Assembly: GCA_050575255.1 (NCBI GenBank)
Contig: JBNZDD010013718.1
Location: forward strand, 2,968,113 to 3,032,112
Source of the DNA: Harriotta raleighana
Taxonomy: Eukaryota
Length of the DNA stretch: 64,000 nt
Direction: 5' to 3'
Part shown: positions 49,587-61,477 of the stretch, piece after piece
Layout: each line of letters begins with the position of its first letter
Numbering within the stretch: position 1 is the first letter of the stretch
Program-made: the position numbers and the translations under genes
The notes under the pieces: generated by a model
The model's input: only the letters and a program-made list of their open reading frames with translations
Databases searched by the model: none
Told to the model about the DNA's origin: nothing

Positions 49587-49659
49587 ATGTACAGTTTGTA
49601 ATCAGGTGTTAAATAGTCCTCCAGTATTTTTCTTATGCACTTGTAATATGAACAGAAAA

Positions 49660-49760
49660 CAGTCATTCACTTCATGGCTTTTTGTGGGACATTGATGTGA
49701 GTAACTTGGTTGTCATATTGTCTACAAAATGCACAGTCACTACACAGTACAATAAATAAG
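49660..49760 (+). mobile_element. SINE 3' half fragment
   Basis: catggctttttgtgggacattgatgtgag...ctacaaaatgcacagtcactacac. Confidence 0.75.
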
Positions 49761-49769
49761 GGAATAGTC

Positions 49770-49925
49770 TGAATCATAAAATTATAGGATCATACACATT
49801 TACAGTGTAGCAAGAGGCCTTTCGGCCTATTGTGAATGAACAACTCAGAGCAAGGTGTTCATTCAATCCCACTGCCCTGGTTTATCCCTATACTCCTTCA
49901 ACTCTCTGTCCTTCATATACCTGAA
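49770..49925 (-). mobile_element. CR1 3' terminus
   Basis: gaatcataaaattataggatcata...tacagtgtagcaagaggcctttcggcctattg...aatcccactgccctggtttatccctatactcc. Confidence 0.8.
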
Positions 49926-49959
49926 GAGGAGGAATTTGGCTATACTACACTTTAAACCC

Positions 49960-50270
49960 CAAGTTAGATCCCCAGTGAGTGTTGGGAAGATATTTGATCC
50001 TGAAGTGTATCACATTGAGGCTGATACTGCTCTCATCCAATGTCCAGGAAGAGGAGGCTGATACTGCTATCAACCAATGTCCAGGCAGAGGACACATTGG
50101 AAAGTGATCTGGACTGGAAACTGTAGCTGACTTTTCCCCAGGCGCTAAGCGCTCAGACAGCTGCCCTGGCAGAGGTCAGCTAACTGAGCCCAGACCAGGA
50201 ACTGAGCCTGTGACCTTCTGGTCTGCATGCCTTTGGTGGCTGTGCTTTATATCCACCAGGTCACTGGGGG
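49960..50270 (-). mobile_element. LF-SINE-like ancient SINE with an internal 37-bp tandem duplication
   Basis: ctgccctggcagaggtcagctaactgagcccagaccaggaactgagcctgtgaccttctggtctgcatg is close to the reverse complement of the recalled LF-SINE 5' half. Confidence 0.8.
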
Positions 50271-51529
50271 CAGCTTCAAACTATTTGGTGCACTTTGGAT
50301 TGAAAACAAATCTTGCTTGCTGCACAAGACAAAATGCTTGTTGTGGAGACCGAAAGCCGAGAGCTTTCCCTGGCTCTATCAGAAGCTTTTGCTAGAAATT
50401 AAAAATTATAAAGTTGCATGAAAGCATGGCCTTTATCTCCGATCACAGAACTTCCCTTGTGTGTGTGGGAGTTTCTGTGTCATTGATTGAATATTGCAGT
50501 GGGACTCGAGACTGCCGACAGGAAACCTGTATTGCCAGCCCATTAAAACACTTCTTTGAGTGCGACACACAGGCTGTACGCTGGTGGGGTTTTCATAGAG
50601 GCCGTGCATACAGCCACAGGCTCCTATCTCTTCCTGTCCATGGATCGCAGTAAAAGTTGTGACCTTGCGTCCTCAGGAAACTGTCTATACACCAACGGTG
50701 GCAGAAAATATTTGTCGGAGGACCACAGCCCGACACGCTTTCAACTGCGCTGAAAAAACAAAAGCGGGATGTCTGAATCAAATATAAGGAAATGAATTTG
50801 TAAGGCTCAGACACTGCTGGGACCGGACTGCCATTCTACAGCCCATTGTTAAGGAGAGGAAAACATGAAATCTTACACTTCCTGCGAATTACTGTCAGCC
50901 GATCTGCAAGAAAAATAAACAGCGCTGCAATATGAAAGCAGCTCCGTTTTTGTTCCGTACTATATTTTTGAAAACCTGTCAGTATTTTAACAGATGAGGG
51001 TTAGATGGGTTAAGCCAATTTTGTAGCTTTTGGATCTTCTGGCATTATTTTTCTTTTACACCCTATAATAGGATAGCATTTATAATTGCTTTAGGAAAGT
51101 TATGGTAACCTCCCATATAAGGTTAACATTTATTTTTTTCTCTCTCCATAATTCCCCCCACCGCCCCACCCCCAAGCTTCCAAGTGCTGCATTTCAAACT
51201 TATTAAAATAAAACTTCACAACCTTCTTATCGACTGCCTGCAGACTCTTTGGAAAACCCGGGAACTTGTTGCAGAGTCTTAGATAAAGGCATTAATCAGG
51301 CACCACATCATTTCTGTACAGTCTGTACAGTCATCACTTCAGATTTATATAGCACACGCCTGTCAGGTATTGACAACTGCAGTCAACCATTTAAAGGATC
51401 ATTTAGGCAAAGCCTGTTCTTTCAAATGTTCACTTCAGTGGCTCGGTTTCATTCGCCTGCCTGTCTTTGATTTAAAAGGATTTAGAGATTAGGTAAATAA
51501 AAATTCAGAGAATTTCTGTCCCGCACACA

Positions 51530-51672
51530 GAATTTAGCGGTTGTTTGTGGGACATTGTTGTGTGTGAATTGGCTGCTGTCTTCGCCTATAAGCACACAGT
51601 CAATGCACCTTACAGAAACGCTTTGAGACATTTCAACATGACAAGGTGCCACATCAAATAGAAGGAATGTTA
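51530..51672 (+). mobile_element. 5'-truncated SINE 3' half
   Basis: gtttgtgggacattgttgtgtgtgaattggctgc...aaacgctttgagacat...catcaaatagaagg. Confidence 0.85.
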
Positions 51673-51745
51673 CATAGTTACTGATCAACAGATTGCTAAA
51701 CAACCAGTATTCAGCGTTTATTTATTTTAACGTTTTCAAATACTT

Positions 51746-51782
51746 TGTGTGTCTGTCTGTGGGTGTGTGTGTGTGTGTGTGT
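51746..51782. repeat. (GT)n microsatellite
   Basis: Read directly from the sequence. Confidence 0.9.
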
Positions 51783-52394
51783 TCTTTCTGAAAAAGTACC
51801 ACAGTATTTGTCTTGCACATAGAAGAAAACGAGAAAAGTATACTTAAAATTCCAGTTCTGGCGGGAAATGGCTTTAAAGAGCTTATTTTCTTAAGGGAAG
51901 AGATGTGGTTTAATATCAGCAGGTGTACAGCAGCCCCCGTGCTTTGTGTGCTCTTTGGCAAATTAACACAGCCTCGCATTGCTTTCTTAGCAACAGTTCG
52001 CCTGAGGCCTCACCTGAGCATGTAAGGAGCGATACTACAGTACTTTGTTTCACTTCTGTTCCTTTTGTGGGCCTTTTGTCTGGCTGATGGAAACAGAGTA
52101 TGGGAAAATGCACTTAAGAGGGCAAAAAAAAGAACGAAAAGAAAGAAAGAAAAACAGAAGGGAGGGAAAAGGAGTCTGATACTGTTTGACCCGAGGTGTT
52201 GTGGTTCTCAAAGGGAAAAGAAGTGAAATCAGATAGGAGGCTGAGCTATGATGTAAGCCACCAGAAGAGACTATGGAATCCTCTCAAAAGGTTTGGTTTG
52301 ATTTAACCCCCAGGTCAGGCATCTCACCGCATGTTTCCTTTTTCTTTATCCTTAACAGTTGATTTACAGTTGGGGGGGAGTGGGCACATTATTA

Positions 52395-52513
52395 ATTCCG
52401 TTGCTGTTTGTGGGATATTGCTGTGAGCAAATTGGCTACCGCGTTTGCTTACAAATGGACAGCCAATGCACCTTACAGGAGGGCCTTGACGTGATAAAGT
52501 GCCAGGATTATTA
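52395..52513 (+). mobile_element. 5'-truncated SINE 3' half
   Basis: gctgtttgtgggatattgctgtgagcaaattggctaccgcgttt...aggattatta. Confidence 0.8.
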
Positions 52514-53071
52514 CACAGTTACTATTCAACAGGTTACTTAAAAATAAGATTTCAAATGGTTATTTTCAGAAAAGCTATCCTTTTCTTCCCACTCTTTTGA
52601 TGTTCTGCATGTTAAATACTGTTAGACATTGCATTCCCTGGTCATAGCTCAGTAACCGGCCTTTGGAATAAAACAACAAGAAGAACAACACATTTACATG
52701 TATGCAGTGCTTTTCGCATTAGGAGGACAGCCCAGGGTTCTTGCTGAACGTTGTGCAGTTGGGGACAAACTTGTGTCATCGTTAAATTTAGAAAGTCTGT
52801 GGCAATACTTTAATAAAGATTGTTTATGGCAATTGTAAAAAGCGGAGCGCTCTCTCTCAACCTCCATTAGTCAACTTTATAATTGCTAATCCAGTCCTAG
52901 TACTTTGCTGTTACTTTAAATTGCCTTGTCATATTGAGATGTTGTGTAAAATCTAAGTTTCAAGCAGTATAAATCCAATTTATATAAAAAAAAGCATAGA
53001 GCGATGGAATCAGAGTACAATTCAACTGCTTTATTTGCACCAAAACTTCCAATGTTGGCAGTTTCCCATTA

Positions 53072-53175
53072 GAATAATAATACTTGTATTTTATACTGTG
53101 CCTTATCATGTTGTCAAACTCTTCACAGGATTCACTGCAAAGTGTAGTGACTGTATACTTGTAGTAAATCAGCAA
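53072..53175 (-). mobile_element. SINE 3' tail fragment
   Basis: aataataatacttgtatttt...cttcacaggattcactgcaaagtgtagtgactgtat. Confidence 0.8.
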
Positions 53176-53569
53176 TGCTTCTCCACCATTTATAACAGCC
53201 GATATAATGCTCCGAAAACTGATGTGCATCTTGCCTGATGTCACTACATCACTACACCAGGCTGTACATTGGTGCAAACTCTGGCTGGTAGTCTCACAGC
53301 AGTTCAGGTTGACAAATGAATCAGGACACATTCACTGGCTGTTCCAGTTTCCTGCGGAGCTCAAAGACTATTTGTTTGTTGCAGACCTGATTAACAACCC
53401 TACAGAACTCAATGAATATTTATCTCCCTGCATCGTTTCCCCACTGCTTAAAACAAAGCATGACATCAATGACACAGGCCCAAATCGGTTGAGATCATCT
53501 GCAACATCATCTGAGATGATGCTTCCATCTCCCTCATTTACACAAATACTCTGGATTACATGTCCTACA

Positions 53570-53968
53570 GGCCTAACTCAGTTGGTAGCACTCTCGCTAC
53601 TGACTCAGAAGCTGTGAGTTCAATCTCCCACATCTACCTGCCACTCCAATGCAGTGCTTAGGTGAATCAATCTTTTGCTGTTCTTTGAATGAGATGTTAA
53701 ATTGGGGTTGCACCTGTGCTGGATGCTGAAGATCCCATGGCACGAATCATAAAGTGAAGATAATTTGTCCTGGTTTGTCCTCAACAGTTGATTAACTATG
53801 AAAAAAAATCTGGTCACTCACTTCTCAGCTACGGGTGAGAGATTGCTGTGCAGAAATTGCTGTCATGTTCGCCTACTAATATAAAGTCACTACACTTTAC
53901 AGGAAACTCAGTGGAGCGTTTTGAGATAATAAAATGCGGTGCTATATGCAAGGATCGTTACTATTATT
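53570..53968 (+). mobile_element. Near full-length Deu-domain SINE
   Basis: Head ctcagttggtagcactctcgctactgactcagaagctgtgagttcaatctccc; Deu-like gaatgagatgttaaattgggg...gaagatcccatggcac; shared tail. Confidence 0.85.
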
Positions 53969-54290
53969 CCTTCAGTCTTATGGCTCCAACTTTTTCTCCA
54001 ATACTTTCACCAATGTAATTCTAGATCTTCTACACCTGAATCTTCCCCGTGAGAGGCAATTCTCTTATAACTTCAGGCATTTTCTGAGTAGAGAGTGATT
54101 TTTCTCTGATGATGTACTTTCTCTTGATGGGGCAGTGGAGTCTTTGATATAATCGCTATGTTTGGTGTGTTGCCACATCTGAAAAAAAACATTGTTCATT
54201 GCATCACCTCTACTGTAACTATTTAAGTAGCCTTGAGTAGACAGACACACCTTTACTTTGAAGGATTAGTGTTTGCAAAATGAACATCCT

Positions 54291-54632
54291 GTGGAGTTCC
54301 TGTGGCTCAGTGGTTAGAGCACTCGCCTTACATGCCTTACAAGCATGAGACCTGTGTTCGAATCCAGGCAGATCAGGGCGAAACCTTGGGCAAGTTTCCT
54401 TACTCCACATGCCTAATAATAATCCCTCCAAAAAAAACCACAATAATTAAAAAAAATTGGTCGTTTCAATCTATGACTGTCTGTGGGGGACGCTGCTGTG
54501 TGCAATTGGCTGCCGCGTTCCGCCCACGAATATACAGTCAATTCACTTTACAGTATATTCTGTGAAGCGCTTTGGGACATTGATAAGATGTGAAAAGCAC
54601 TATATCAAATGCAAGGATTATTATTATTATTA
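54291..54632 (+). mobile_element. Full-length tRNA-derived SINE (best-preserved copy, possible TSD ATCCT)
   Basis: A box tggctcagtggt, B box gttcgaatcc, intact tail. atcct occurs at 54286-54290 and 54632-54636. Confidence 0.95.
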
Positions 54633-54819
54633 TCCTCCAGTCGTACATGGCAGACTTTACCTGGAAAAGCAAACACACTAAATTACTAGTCTCCAGTTGA
54701 ACTGAGTACAGTTTCTCTCTCAAACTGCATATTTTGTTTCTGTGCATAAGAGTAGACTTAATGGACCATTGGAATCAGACATTGGATATCATTATGAGAA
54801 AAGGAAGAAACTGGTTTCT

Positions 54820-55015
54820 CAACAACAACCACAACAACAAAATTATATCTTTAGAGCGTCTTTCACGTCGGGAGGACGTCTCAAGGTGCTGATCAGTCAG
54901 GTCAATTTACATTGACATAACACCTTTCACATCAGGAGGATCTCTCAAAGCAATTTGCATGCGGGAGCTCAGCAGGGGGAAGGGGGAGAAAGGTGAGCAA
55001 AACATGGTCAATTAT
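54820..55015 (-). mobile_element. Two tandem L2 3' termini
   Basis: (CAA)n then gcgtctttcacgtcgggaggacgtctcaaggtgct, followed by a second cacctttcacatcaggaggatctctcaaagc and a G-rich tract. Confidence 0.75.
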
Positions 55016-55811
55016 CTTCAAGCGTGACGGAGCAATGTTCTAGCCTGTGGGTTCTTTACTCACATTCTATTTAATCGCATTCCTTTGCTTGACGATTGAT
55101 CTGGTAACAGTTGATTTGAATCCTCCTTGACCATATAATCCCGATGCAAGTCAATCAGTTGTACTTTACCGCTGTCCCTCTTTATATGTTTGCATTTGCA
55201 ATAATTCCTGTTAACCTCATATTTGCAAAACCAAAAGAAATCTTCAACCACACAGCTGCTTTTTCAAAAAAAAAATGGAAAAAAAAACATTGAATTATGG
55301 GTCACAGACAAAGTGTTAGATTGATTGAATTAGTAGCTGAACAGTTGGATACTTAAGTAGAAAATGCTTTGATTATCTGACTTTAAAACTCACTGCTCAT
55401 GAGAGCTCTGAATTCCGCTGATGGGAAACAAAATTAAATAAACTGGGGAAAAAAATGTTTGATAGCATTCTTGGCAATGATGCTCAGCCATTATGAATCA
55501 TGGCACAGTTCAACATATTCTGCAATGCCTCCACTTATGCACCTATCTTTGATAAGTGTGTATGAATTATGAAAATTGGTCGCATGCTGTAAGAGAGAGC
55601 AAAGCGCTGCCCTCATTTAATTTCAGCTCGGGCTTACGTTCGTGCAAAGAAAAATTGTGCTTTGATGATTGCCCATTACTGGTAGAAAATCCTCTCTTGA
55701 TTTGTCTGGATTAGAGCCTACGAGGCTCCAGGAGATGTTAGTGTTATATAAAAATATACTTTGCAGCAGTTTTATGTTCCTATATATACTTAGACCCATC
55801 GCAGTGCTTCT

Positions 55812-55900
55812 AACAATCATAATCCTTGCATTGGATGTAGCACCTGTGGCATGCACATGTCTCAAAGTGCTTCACAGGTCATTGCTGTGAAGTGTGGTGA
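55812..55900 (-). mobile_element. SINE 3' tail fragment
   Basis: ataatccttgcattggatgtagcacc...ctcaaagtgcttcacagg. Confidence 0.8.
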
Positions 55901-56110
55901 TGTGCATTTGTGGAACTCATTGCTGGAAGCTGCTTTTAAAGCATAAAGCATCAGCCTGCTTAAGAGGAAACTTGATGAACGCATAAGGGAGAAGGGATTT
56001 GGAGGGATTTTCAGAAGGGATAAAGAGGCGGTGGAGGCTCTCGTGGAGTACAAACACTGGGACTGACTAGTTGGCTTGAATGGCTTGTTTGCATGCTGTA
56101 GCATTCTACA
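55901..56110 (+). mobile_element. CR1 3' end
   Basis: ttgtggaactcattgc (LWNSL), cttaagaggaaacttgatg (LKRKLD), ggaggctctcgtggagtacaaacac...gttggcttgaatggcttgttt. Confidence 0.85.
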
Positions 56111-57884
56111 AACTTCTATAAAATCAAATAAGCGCAATGTATGAGGTGATTATTACTCCAGAAAGTTATTGGTTGTGCACAATGTACCATATTACTGTAC
56201 TGTTTCTTAGGGATGCATCAAGGTATCATTGTATAGATGGTAGCAATGTTTTCTCACAATCAGTTAATTCATTCTGTGCCCATTGCACCTGCGGAGATTG
56301 GACTGGAGACTACAAGAGACTACAAGAGCGGGGAACAAGAGTGTATCAGAGCAACCCAACTCAAAATTGTGTACGGTGCCGATAACTGTCTCGAATAACA
56401 ATTCATCACCAGGTGGCAAAATCTTCCAGCAGTATCTTAGTACCTGAAGTGACTTCTTGTTTTGTTTCTTTATGTCAAAAACAAAGAGGCCTCTTCTTTC
56501 AAGTGAACTTGGTTTCTTTACGGTAAATAGCATGTTGTTGTAATCTCAGGATCATGGATTTAAAGGACAGTTTCATATAACACAAACTCATGGCTTAATG
56601 CAATAGCGGGAGATTAATTAATGAGATTACAGTAACTCTATGGCCTGTGAGCCTTTTTCCAGAGCAGGTGGTCTTTTAACAGCTCAATAAAGTTAAGCAA
56701 ATTGACTACCCTTTGTTTACGTAAATAAAAGACCTACATTGACAGGCAGGTATGGTGAAGTCATTGAAATGTTTGCCTCTCAGGTTGAAGATTTGAATCC
56801 TGGCTGTAACCTGCTGGTCTGCTCAAAGTTCACACTGTAGAGCTGTCATTTAGCTATTTCATTGACAAATGCCTTTATTGTTACAGACTTTTTTTTAAAA
56901 AAGGGACAGACTAATTTTCACCATCAATATCTACATTCAAAACTATTGCCTTGCTTAAAAGCAAGCATAACAGATACATGAAGCACATCTCTCCCAATGA
57001 ACCCCATCTATGTCATACTCACGCATGGAAGCTCAACTCTAAGGTAGTTGCAGGTTGGAGCTGAAATCTTGCAGTCTGGTCGATGAGTGCTTTCTAACTC
57101 CCATTGTTTGCAGTCTGGCCAGACTAGCACAAAGCTAAAATATTTTTCTTTTATTTACAATCAAAACTCACTTCATACCAAACACAGCATTTGATTAGCT
57201 ACATCAGACATTAAAAGTGACAGAAAATATGTTACGGACATTGTTAACTCAATGTAAAATAATAATGAATTTGTTTCTAATGAAAATTGAAAAACTCACA
57301 TTGAAAGGGTTGAATTGTAATTGCCAGACTCTAACTTACGAGATTTTGCTGTATTGCAGTCTGCGTGCTAAATGGCCCACAGTTTGTCTTCTCTACCTCT
57401 TATGCCAAAATACATCGAAACAGTATTTAAATCATTTCTGTGGAAACAGAGCGCGTGAGCTATGTTCTGCCATTAAAACAGTGGCATAGTGTAATGCTGA
57501 TGCATATGAGACAGTTTCCCACAGTTAACAGTATCACTTGGAATATATTTGACACAGTGCAGTAACATGCTGTTTGATGGGAATGTGTGGACTCCTTTTT
57601 CCTCTTGGATCATCTCCCTACACACGTCATCTTTTTCCTGTCCCTATTGCAAATTCAAAATCAAAGGTATCTTGTCCGTTGATTTCCTTCCAAATGCATT
57701 CGACACAGAACACCCACCAGTGCTCCTTTAGCCTGCCATTACTTCCGTACGTGTCCTTTTTCACCAACATCTTTCATTAAATGTTTTTCAGTCCTATTCT
57801 TTTCTGTTCCCGAACACCAACCATCGGAGCAAGATTAGGGCTTTATGACTAGAAAATAATTATTTTTTGTTGTGGTAATACTGT

Positions 57885-58240
57885 ATTACTAGTAATTTTA
57901 AAAATCCTTGCATTTTATATTGTGATTCTCATGACAACAACAACAACTTTGATTTATATAGCACCCTTCATGCCAGACAGCGTCTCAGAGCGCCTATGAT
58001 GGGAGGACACCTCATGGCGCTTCTCAGTGTAGTGACTGTGGGATGTTTTGGGAGCTTGTGGAAGGTTTGTGTTGGTTTTTGTCTTTATTATGGTCTATAA
58101 TGAGATGGATGATTCAGTAGAAAGGAAGATGAAGAGAAAGATTCAATGGTTGACATCCTTGGTGTGTATAGGAGGGTGTTCTTCCAAAGATTTTTATTGG
58201 TTCTTGATCACTGAGTCTCATAGCATGTGTATCTAAATAT
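57885..58240 (-). mobile_element. SINE tail remnant followed by L2-like 3' termini and body
   Basis: aatccttgcattttatat, then (CAA)n ctttgatttatatagcaccc...gggaggacacctca. Confidence 0.6.
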
Positions 58241-58301
58241 TACAATAATAGTTATGCATACACCTCCTGTTTTGCTACAATGCATTTGTTGTAGTGCTTT
58301 T

Positions 58302-58603
58302 GTGGAGTTCTGTAGCTCAGTGGATAGAAGACTCGCCTTACAAGTGAGACCTGGGTTCAATTCCAGGTAGGGCAAAACCTTGGGTAAGTTTCCTTACTCC
58401 ACATGCCTGTTAATAATCCCTAACAAGCAATAATAATTTGGTCATTTCAATCCATGTGGGACACTGCTGTGTGCAATTGGCTGTTACGTTTCGCCCACAA
58501 ATGTACAGTCAGTTCACTTTACAATGTATTCTGTGAAGCGCTTTGAGATATCTAGACGATGAGAAAAAGCACTATATCAAATACATGGATTATTATTATT
58601 ATT
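58302..58603 (+). mobile_element. Full-length tRNA-derived SINE
   Basis: gtggagttctgtagctcagtggatag...ctcgccttacaagtgagacctgggttcaattccagg...aaaccttgggtaagtttccttactccacatgcct...ggattattattatt. Confidence 0.93.
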
Positions 58604-60103
58604 TCTTGTTGGTAGGATGTCACCAAGCGCCTCACAGGATATCCTGTCATGCGGTGTGACTCTGAGCAAAATAATGTGATGTGGCAAAGTCATAATGATT
58701 AAAAAGATTCTGTCTCATCTTTGAGAACATTGGCCACTTTGACTGACCCAATAAATGTTCCTGCACCCTATTCATCCATTAGCTTTACTGATAAAGAGGT
58801 TGTCAGCGAGCGCGATTTCTACCCATCTCTTTGCTGCCTACCTGGACACTTCTGCACATCTGACATGGAAACCAGTAGCAGTGACCTTTTGCTATCAAAC
58901 AGTTAGGAGCCGAGCACATTATGCTTTATGATCCTTAAATTCTTCACACTTCATTAAGCATACAGCATTAACCTTTACGATAGTGTTATGTACGTTGTCA
59001 CATCACCAGCATTCTTTTAAAAAAGAAGCAGATCAAACACGTCCTTTAACATTTCAATGCTGTTTCAGATGTGCACTCACTCCTCTCCCACAATGACTTG
59101 TGACAAATGGAGGTCCATATGTTTTGGTTAATGGTGCTGGTAATAAACATATTGGCTCCGACAAATGCCGGCAGCAGCCAATAATGTTGCTGTTTTCTTT
59201 TTTAATCGCTTTACCTCAGATTTCTTTTTGAAAACACAAGCAACAGCTGTCCGATTTCCTGTGTGGTGCCGGATCTTAGCGAGTTACAGAAATCTGCACT
59301 CAAACACTTGGAACACATGAATACCAAATGGAGTTTTGAAAACAGCAAATTAATACCTTTTTAAACTGGTGACATTTTCAAACAGCATATGGGCCCGAGC
59401 TCAGGGGACAGTGTATTTTTTTTGATGAATGTGTCCTATTGAAGACAAAGGCATAGTGGTGGGCAGATGTCACTGTCTGCTTTTTCTTATGAAATGATAA
59501 TGTAAGCCCTTTTGCGAGGATGTTGTTTTCAGGATCCTAAGCTACAGCTCTCGGGCACTGATAAGGATGTGCTTTCAAAATCGTTATTTTCAGTTAACAA
59601 CCAAACACAAGCCCCAAATTCTCATCAGGAAGACTAAATGAAAGAAAGTCCACAAACATAGCAAAAAAGCAAGGTTTAATGGCGCTTTCACACTTAGTTG
59701 ATTGCTGTATATCCGGGGTGAATGGTTACAGTGTTTGTGCAATTAATCACATTGTACTTCTACATTACTAAGGTAATAGGAAAGTGATAAACTAAATACA
59801 TCCATTTTCAAGGTCATTTACCATCTACTATTGGCTATCATTAGCATGTTCCTGCTATTTCTGCAGCAAACTTCATTTGTACTCCTTTTTCCTTGTGTAC
59901 AATTTTCCAATGAATGTGCCCCAGACATTTAGTTCCATTTGTGTGCATCCTTTCGACACAGTCAGATTGAAATTGTCCCTTTAAATGTATGGCAGTTGCT
60001 GTAAGAATGTACACTGGAAGAATATTGATTTACAATTTAGATATTTATTTAATTACATGTCACACAGCTAAGTAAAATATCAATTTAACACCTTTCCTCT
60101 AAG

Positions 60104-60240
60104 AAATAATCCTTGCATTTTGATTTATTACGCTTTGCATTGGGAGTGTGTGCTTCACAGAGTTTTACTCCAAAGTGTGGTGGCTGCTTATTTGTAGGTG
60201 AATGTGGCAGCCGGTTTGCACACAGCAATATCTTGCAATG
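60104..60240 (-). mobile_element. SINE 3' half fragment
   Basis: ataatccttgcatttt...gcttcacagag...gtaggtgaatgtggcagccggtttgcacacagcaatatc. Confidence 0.8.
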
Positions 60241-61254
60241 GGTTAAAATGGGCTCCTCAGAACATTAGACTTGGTGACATTTAAGTATCACGTGTGAACT
60301 TTCAGCTGTGGTATTAGTGCAAATTAGGTTCTGTATCTTTTTTACTTAAACACCCTGTCTGTATTTCTTACTCATATCTCTAGCTCTTAATTATTCCCAG
60401 GGACAAATTGCAGTTTTTTTGCCTCTCCCATCTGGGAATTCAGCTTTCAGAACCCTTCATTTTGATGTTAAAAACCTCATATTTTGCCTGACAAATTACG
60501 GAAGGAATTAAACAGAACCGACGGGCCTATCTGCAAGGTATTTTAACCTGTTTTTCCTATTAAAAATAACTATGTAGCCAAGTGGGAAAAGAGGCTCCAT
60601 TCACAAACTGCCGAGCTTGGCTTCAAGTGACTGTCAGAAACCCGGAGATGGTTGTTAATACACTGCCTGTCCTTGTTTTAACTGTGAAATAAAAGTCCTT
60701 TCTGGGAATCTGTTACAATAAAATAACTTGCGGTAATTTGTAGGTCAGGGGATGGAAGAGACAGAAGGACACAGTCTGTCTTAAACTGACACATATTGTC
60801 TTTGTGGTTCTTGCTATTGAGTTTGGTGATGGAAAATCTGTAACTCGTTTGACGGAAATGCTGTATAATTGCTGTTATTGACGGCTTTATTTCCCAGCAG
60901 CGTATTACGTTAAGTCTTTCGGTGAACCTTTCTTCAAGGTGGCGATGGAATAATGCTGGTGCTTTTACTGTAGCTTGGGATACTATATGACATGTTAAAA
61001 GCACCATGCAAACGGTGAAATTTGTATTTCTTCTGTTTATTTTTTTAAAAAAAAGGACAGAGACCTTCCGTTGGGGAAACCCATCAGACGCTTTTCAAAC
61101 CTGCACATTTTATTGAAATTTACTTGGTCTTGCAGATTAAAGGAGACAACCTCAACAACCTCTGGATGAACAATTTTCTTAGTACAGTCAGGTCCCTGTT
61201 TCATATTGGGAACCTGTGAGAGGCATAGAGTAAATATGAGGGGCAGGTGGAGAG

Positions 61255-61477
61255 AATAATTTACAATATATTCTGTGAAACACTTTGAGGCTTCTCAACA
61301 ATGGTAAGTCCCTATTTAATAAAAATAATAATAATATTCCTTGCATTTGATATTGCGCCTTATCATGTCTTTCAGACATCTCGAAGCGCTTCACAGAAAA
61401 TTCAGTCGCGATTGTATATTTGTGGGCGACACGCGCACAGAATATGATGAAAATATCACATGCGAGTATTATTTTAA
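61255..61477. mobile_element. Sense SINE tail interrupted by an antisense SINE 3' half (about 61322-61440)
   Basis: tttacaatatattctgtgaaacactttgag...ctatttaat, then (taa)n ttccttgcatttgatattgcgcc...gcgcacag, then atatcacatgcgagtattatttt. Confidence 0.75.
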
